A DNA stretch of 20,000 nt from Syntrophales bacterium (GTDB taxonomy: Bacteria; Desulfobacterota; Syntrophia; Syntrophales; UBA4778). The stretch covers positions 361,987 through 381,986 of the forward strand of contig CAXXQE010000007.1 in NCBI GenBank assembly GCA_963665615.2, written 5' to 3'. Below are positions 14,651 through 20,000 of this stretch, piece after piece. Position 1 is the stretch's first letter; the number at the start of each line of letters is the position of its first letter. The notes beneath the pieces are model-generated. The model was not told the DNA's origin and did not search any database. It worked only from the letters and a program-made list of their open reading frames with translations. Position numbers and translations under genes: made by a program.

Positions 14651-17600
14651 CTACTTCGCCTTCTTTCCTTCATTCTTGGAATCGTCCGTTTTCTTTTTGT
14701 GGACAAAGTCGGCATCGATATTGACATTGACGCCCTTGTCGATATTGGTCTTCTGCAGGTTTTGCACCGGGCCGTCGACCGTCTTCTGTCCGCCTGCGGA
14801 AAGATCCGCCTCCTGCGATGTTATACTATTCCCTTTGATGGTCAGGTTGCCGCCAGACTGAAGCTTTGTGGCTTTGCCGGTCTGCTTGTCCTCATTCTGA
14901 ACCTTCACGGTGATATTGCCGGACTGGGAATTCGTGGTGGTTTTGGCATCCGTTTTTCCCTTCTTGGCATCTTTGTCCTTATTTTTCTTCTTGGCATCCT
15001 TTCCGGATTTGGTTGATTTCGAAACCTTGACGTTCCCTTTTATGCCGAATGCAGAGCTCTTGCTGGTGTCCTTGGCTTCAAGCAGCTTGACGTCGCCGCC
15101 CGCATTCACAGTCGTATCACCCTTGGCATTGACCGTCGCGCCTTCCATGGTGACGCTCTTTCCGGCTGAAATATCGACGTTGCCAGCCTTGATGTTGACC
15201 CCCTTATTGGTCGTGGATTCGCTCGAACTCTTCGCGTATCCGCCTCCCAGGCCGGCTGATTTAGAATCCTTGCCGACACTGACCTTGAGGTTAGCGTCAA
15301 AGCCTTTGGACGATTCGCTCGTTGTGCTCTTTGCCGCGTCAAATGTGACATTGCCCGATTTGGATTCCACCTTGGCATTGCCGCCGGCGGCGATATCCGT
15401 TCCCTCAAGACGCGCATCGTTCTGCGTTGTGATGGTCAGGTTGCCTCCGGCCTTGATTCCGCCAACTTTCGCCGTGCTCGACGAAGCCGACGAGTCATTC
15501 TGCCCGTAGGAACCGCTGACGTCTGCCCCGGCCGTGCCGGCCAGCTTCACCTTGACTTCGCCTGCGGCGTTCTTGCTGCTGGAGGAACTGCTGCTCGTGT
15601 CGTGCGCCGCCTGGTAATCGAGGCTCTTGGCGCTGATCGTCACGTCCTTGCCCGCCTCGAACTGGGTGCCCGTCAAGGTCATGCCTTCTGTTGCCGTCGA
15701 ACTGATGTTCCCGCCGGCTTTGTATTTCGTGACAACGGCTTTTGTTTCCGTACTTTCCTGGCTCGCCTTATTGAACGTGTAGGATGCCTTCAAACCCGCG
15801 GAGGCATCCGCTTCCGCTTTGGTGCCGGCGTCGGCGCCCAGGCCTGCCTGCGCATTGGCGCCCGCCTCAGCACCCGCCCCGGCATAAACGCCGATCCTGG
15901 CATCGTGCTTTTCGGACGAACTCTTGGACCAGGTCTTGTCTTCTGCGGCCAGGTCTTTCAGCGTTGTGGCTGTTTGCGTGATATTGCCGCCCGCTTCGAT
16001 TTGTGTGCCCTGGTTGGTGATGGTTCCGCTTGCCTTGTTGGTGATATCGCCGCCGGCCTTGAAGCTTGTGACGACATTGGTGATGGAACCCGTTTCACTG
16101 CTTTCTTTCTCATGCGCTGCCCGCAAACCGGCACTGGCTTCGGCCTCGGCTTTGGCGCTCGCCTTGGCGGAAGCGCCCGGAATGCCGAGCTTTGCGCCGG
16201 CTTCCGCCTCTGCAGAAGCCTTGCCGCTGAGATAAACGCCTGCGGTCGTGGTCGTTTTGTTGTGAGTGGTTGTGGCGGTATCCTGCGCAGCCAGATTCGT
16301 GATGTCCTTGGCCTCGATGTTCATGTTCTTGCCGGATTCGACCTTGGCCCCGACGAACTTGGCCTCTTCCTGTACCTTCAAATTCATGTTGCCGCCGGAT
16401 TTCAGCGTGGAGGCGGTATTGGTGGTTGACTTGGTTTCATCCGTACTCTCTTCGTGCCGAACGCCGAAGGTCACGGTGGACTCTGCGTTGGCCTTGGCGC
16501 TGGCGTTCGCGCTGTTCGAAGCAGAATCGCTGTTGTTGTTCGCCTCGGCGCCGGCCTTCGCATCCGCGGCACTGTCGCTGAAGATGCCGATTTTGGTTGC
16601 CTTGGTCGTCGTGGTCGTCGTCTCTTCATTACGGCCCGTTAAAATCTCGCTGCTCTTGGCCTCGATCGAGAGATCCTTGCCGCTTTCGACATTCGACCCT
16701 TGAACGGTCAGCTTGTCTTTGGCTTTGATGGTCAGGTCTCCGCCAGTGGTCAGATTCGATCCCACGCTCGTTTTTTTCGAATAATCCGTTGTCGTGGTGC
16801 GTTTTTCGTACAGACTGAGTTCAGACTCATTGCCGGCGGTTGCCTCTGCATTGGCGGTCGCCTGGTCTGCGGCAAGGCTGCTGACGGAGGATGCAGCGGC
16901 GCTCGCCCCGCTGTCGCTGCTGCTCTCGGGCTTGAGGAAGGTCTGGGTTTCAACTTTCGTTACGGTGCGCTTCTCGTCGAGCCCGTCCAGAATCTTGACG
17001 GATGTCGCATCGATCGTTGCATTGCCGGCGACTTTAAGATCCGAGCCTTGCAGGGTCATATCCTTGCCGGCCTTGATATCGGCATCGCCCCCGGCTTTGA
17101 TCGATGAGCCGACATTCTTTCCCTCAAAGTCCGTCACCGTGGTCTGCTCCGTACCCCACAGGCCGCCGCCAACGCCGATACCGGACTTGCTGGTCTGCGT
17201 CTCCGTCGTCTTTTTGTCCTGGCGCGAAAGCACATTGAAATCGCCGCCCGCATCGACGGTGAGATTGCCGCCGGCCTCGACCTTGGAGCCGGCCACTGTC
17301 GTATCGCCGCCGCTCTTTAGTTTCAGATTCTTCCCCGCGGAGAGCGTCGAGCCGATGTTCTTCTCGGTCACCACAGAAGAATTCGTCGTGCCATCGGTGG
17401 CATACGTAGCGTCTTTCTTGACAACGGTGTCGAAGGTGATGGCGCCTCCGGCCGAGAGCGACGCATCGCCGCCTGCCTTGACCTCTCCACCCTTGACCGT
17501 GATATCTTTGTTGGCGTCCAGATTCAAATCGCCTGTTGCCGCTATCGTCGCTGTCTTCCCGATGGTCCCTGGCGCCTCGCCGACCCCGCCCGCCGTTTTG

Positions 17601-20000
17601 TTGACGATGCTCCCCTCGGTTGATTTCAGGCTGACGTCGCCGCCCTTGATGGTCCCGGAAATATTGGCGATGTCTCCTTTGGACGTCACATCAATGGACT
17701 TGCTGCCGGAAATGGTGCCGCCGGTATTGCTCAGGCTGGTCACGTCCATTTTCACGTTTTCCGCGGCAATGGTCGCGCCGGAAACAATCATGTCGCGCGA
17801 GGCCTGAGAAAGGTAGACGCGCGGCGCCAGCGCCTTTTTCCCGTCAACCGTCACTTCTTCGAGCCAGACAATATCCTGTTTGAGTCCTGCCACCTGCTCC
17901 GGCGTGAGCGACTTGCCGACGGTCAGACCAAGGCTTTTGGCCTGGCCCGCCGCATTGTCCATCAGGGCCTTCATCTGAATCTCTTCACTGGCATAGCCCT
18001 TGAGCAGACTGCTTCCTGTCTCGCTGACCAGTTGCTTGCGCATCAGATAGGCTTCATAGGTCGCATCGCCCAGACGTATCAGGGTTTCATCAGGATTAAG
18101 GCCCAGGCGTTCGAGCAGGTAATTAGAGCCGCTGTAACCAGTGCCGAGTCCATACAGCGGGTTGGTCACGACCAGATAATGGGCGGAGGGATCGGTCGCA
18201 GGGACAAATAAGCCGTTGGGGTTGGTGGGAAGCGTTGCTGTAATGTTTGGGATGCTCGGTGGGTCTGTGGGTGTGATGACGCCCTTTACCGACCCGCTAT
18301 AGGCGGAGCCTTGACTCGCGACTGTCGTGCCATTGATCGTGATCGTCCCTGCGGCGCGTACGGTTGCGCTCCTGATCGTTTCCGTGTCCACAACACCGAT
18401 GTATTTTTTATGGGCAAGGTCGCGAGCTTTGTTGAACAGAGTCTCGCTGGTCTGGTTATAGCTGGTTCCCCCGTAAACGCTCCAGGCGCCGCCGGGATAC
18501 GTCAGATCGCTGTCCGTTCCGGAAAAATACGGAATGCCGTCATGCTGGGCATCCGTGCCGGCGGCGACGTAGGCATAATCATCGATCGAATCATCCCAGG
18601 CCCTGTTGATGAACAGCATCCAATGACGTTTGTATTCATGGGTATCGAGAAAAATACTCTGATTCGTGAATGCGCCGGTGCCGGCAATCGTGAGATTATT
18701 CTGGGCAGACAGTACGGCGCCGATATTGTCGGCCGTTCCGGCGCCGTAATTGACGGTTAGATTATGGCCTGACACAATGGCCACGTTTTTTGCTGCATCG
18801 CTGGGCGGCGTCGCGCCGGTAAATTTCTCAGCAACGTCAATGATGTCTTCATAAACATAAACATGGTTGCAGGCGATGCATCCGGACTCCTCCTGATCGT
18901 GTATCGTCGTGTATACTGAGATGAGCGCATTTGTCCAGTCGTAGTACTTTGACGGAAGACCGCCCTGGATTTCGTTACGGAAGGCGGTTGTTGTCGTAAT
19001 GGCGACATCCTGCGCCGCTTCGACCCAGTTGTTGTTGACGAACGTGCCTGCCGTGAGCGTCAAGCTGCCGTCCGATCGCATCGTGCCGGAGTCGGCGTTG
19101 GTGAATGTCCCGCTGTCACTGTGCGCAGTCAGTTGCGTTCCCGCATACAGCGTACCTGCATTCTGGATATCACCGGTAGTCGCCGTCATTTCAAGTGTGC
19201 CGAGTCCGGCAATCCCGCCGGTTGACGTGTTGGTGATCGATGTCGCTGTGATGCCCAGCGCGTTTCCGGCCAGCAGCATACCGCTATTGCTGACTGCCCC
19301 GTTCGCAGAGTCAAGCGTCAGGGTGTCGGTTGCCCGGATCGTGGACGTGTTGGTAATCGACGCCGATGCCGTCATATCCAGATTGTTTTCAGACAACACC
19401 AGGCCGCTATTGTCGATGGCTCCACTCGTAGCATTAATCGTCATCTTGCCGGCAGATTTGATGGTGGAGGTATTTGCGATCGACGCAGCCGTCAATTCCA
19501 AGCTGTTATCGGATATCATGAGGCCGCTATTGGTGATACCGCCGCTTGCAGCTTCAAGCGTCAAGCTGTCCGCTGCCCGGATCGTGGACGTGTTGGTAAT
19601 CGACGAGGCCGTCATACCCATGCTCTTATTGGAAAGCAGCAGGCCGTTGTTGCTGATACTGTCATTTGCAGAACCAAGTGTCATGCTGTTTGTTGCCTGG
19701 ACAGTTGACGATGAATTATACTGCATGCTGTTGAACGCATTTAGGATGACGTCGTTGCCATACAGGGTCGTGTCCGATCCCACAAGGAGGCTGTTGAAGT
19801 CGCCATCCAGAAGGCCTGCCGCCCCGAGTTTCACGCCTGCGAGCGAGGCTGCCCCTGAAGTGGTCATGGTGAAGTCGTTGCCGGCATAGCGCTTGTTGTT
19901 GTCGGTCATCACCGTGGCCGTGCTGACATCCGACAATGTGCCGAGATCATAGCTGAGGTTATTGCCGGCAAAAAGCGCGCCTCCGGCCAAGGTTAAACCG
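14651..20000 (-). CDS. Large filamentous haemagglutinin / TpsA-type exoprotein, 5'-truncated by window edge (>1780 aa)
   Basis: Frame stays open past 19990 to the edge. FHA-1-like (I/V)xNxG repeats, aromatic-rich insert, Tyr/Pro region (LPTNPNGLF...YLVVTNP...RLGDATYE...DIVWL...LAPRVYL), FHA-2-type repeats (GSxIxAGGD), Lys-rich tail. Confidence 0.9.
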   Translation of the reverse strand, partial: GLTLAGGALFAGNNLSYDLGTLSDVSTATVMTDNNKRYAGNDFTMTTSGAASLAGVKLGAAGLLDGDFNSLLVGSDTTLYGNDVILNAFNSMQYNSSSTVQATNSMTLGSANDSISNNGLLLSNKSMGMTASSITNTSTIRAADSLTLEAASGGITNSGLMISDNSLELTAASIANTSTIKSAGKMTINATSGAIDNSGLVLSENNLDMTASASITNTSTIRATDTLTLDSANGAVSNSGMLLAGNALGITATSITNTSTGGIAGLGTLEMTATTGDIQNAGTLYAGTQLTAHSDSGTFTNADSGTMRSDGSLTLTAGTFVNNNWVEAAQDVAITTTTAFRNEIQGGLPSKYYDWTNALISVYTTIHDQEESGCIACNHVYVYEDIIDVAEKFTGATPPSDAAKNVAIVSGHNLTVNYGAGTADNIGAVLSAQNNLTIAGTGAFTNQSIFLDTHEYKRHWMLFINRAWDDSIDDYAYVAAGTDAQHDGIPYFSGTDSDLTYPGGAWSVYGGTSYNQTSETLFNKARDLAHKKYIGVVDTETIRSATVRAAGTITINGTTVASQGSAYSGSVKGVITPTDPPSIPNITATLPTNPNGLFVPATDPSAHYLVVTNPLYGLGTGYSGSNYLLERLGLNPDETLIRLGDATYEAYLMRKQLVSETGSSLLKGYASEEIQMKALMDNAAGQAKSLGLTVGKSLTPEQVAGLKQDIVWLEEVTVDGKKALAPRVYLSQASRDMIVSGATIAAENVKMDVTSLSNTGGTISGSKSIDVTSKGDIANISGTIKGGDVSLKSTEGSIVNKTAGGVGEAPGTIGKTATIAATGDLNLDANKDITVKGGEVKAGGDASLSAGGAITFDTVVKKDATYATDGTTNSSVVTEKNIGSTLSAGKNLKLKSGGDTTVAGSKVEAGGNLTVDAGGDFNVLSRQDKKTTETQTSKSGIGVGGGLWGTEQTTVTDFEGKNVGSSIKAGGDADIKAGKDMTLQGSDLKVAGNATIDATSVKILDGLDEKRTVTKVETQTFLKPESSSDSGASAAASSVSSLAADQATANAEATAGNESELSLYEKRTTTTDYSKKTSVGSNLTTGGDLTIKAKDKLTVQGSNVESGKDLSIEAKSSEILTGRNEETTTTTTKATKIGIFSDSAADAKAGAEANNNSDSASNSANASAKANAESTVTFGVRHEESTDETKSTTNTASTLKSGGNMNLKVQEEAKFVGAKVESGKNMNIEAKDITNLAAQDTATTTHNKTTTTAGVYLSGKASAEAEAGAKLGIPGASAKASAKAEAEASAGLRAAHEKESSETGSITNVVTSFKAGGDITNKASGTITNQGTQIEAGGNITQTATTLKDLAAEDKTWSKSSSEKHDARIGVYAGAGAEAGANAQAGLGADAGTKAEADASAGLKASYTFNKASQESTETKAVVTKYKAGGNISSTATEGMTLTGTQFEAGKDVTISAKSLDYQAAHDTSSSSSSSKNAAGEVKVKLAGTAGADVSGSYGQNDSSASSSTAKVGGIKAGGNLTITTQNDARLEGTDIAAGGNAKVESKSGNVTFDAAKSTTSESSKGFDANLKVSVGKDSKSAGLGGGYAKSSSESTTNKGVNIKAGNVDISAGKSVTMEGATVNAKGDTTVNAGGDVKLLEAKDTSKSSAFGIKGNVKVSKSTKSGKDAKKKNKDKDAKKGKTDAKTTTNSQSGNITVKVQNEDKQTGKATKLQSGGNLTIKGNSITSQEADLSAGGQKTVDGPVQNLQKTNIDKGVNVNIDADFVHKKKTDDSKNEGKKAK

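Noticed and set aside
18863..18880. CIACNH as a haem c binding motif
   Set aside because: It is CxxCNH, not CxxCH; more likely a disulfide in the putative receptor-binding region.

Overview
High-GC bacterial chromosomal window; gene content and repeat types suggest an anaerobic Desulfobacterota/Syntrophia-like organism (inference only). Left to right: (i) a membrane-bound PAS/HisKA/HATPase sensor kinase running off the left edge (absent from the ORF track); (ii) a ~9.7 kb minus-strand cluster livK-like SBP, livG, acyl-CoA ligase, livH, livM, livF, PaaK-like ligase, MaoC-like dehydratase; (iii) a divergent phosphomannomutase/phosphoglucomutase; (iv) a solitary integron gene cassette with a degenerate attC; (v) the 3' ~5.3 kb of a large filamentous-haemagglutinin/TpsA gene running off the right edge. 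The best candidate for an undescribed system is in the leader of the transporter cluster: a 31-codon peptide with 5 Phe, 2 Trp and 2 Tyr, four mutually exclusive GGGCAG/CUGCC segments and an intrinsic terminator. This looks like a ribosome-mediated attenuator sensing all three aromatic amino acids, plausibly controlling aryl-acid uptake and activation. Intergenic spacers contain several small repeat families, including two copies of a 124-nt hairpin whose closing stem shows four compensatory base-pair changes.
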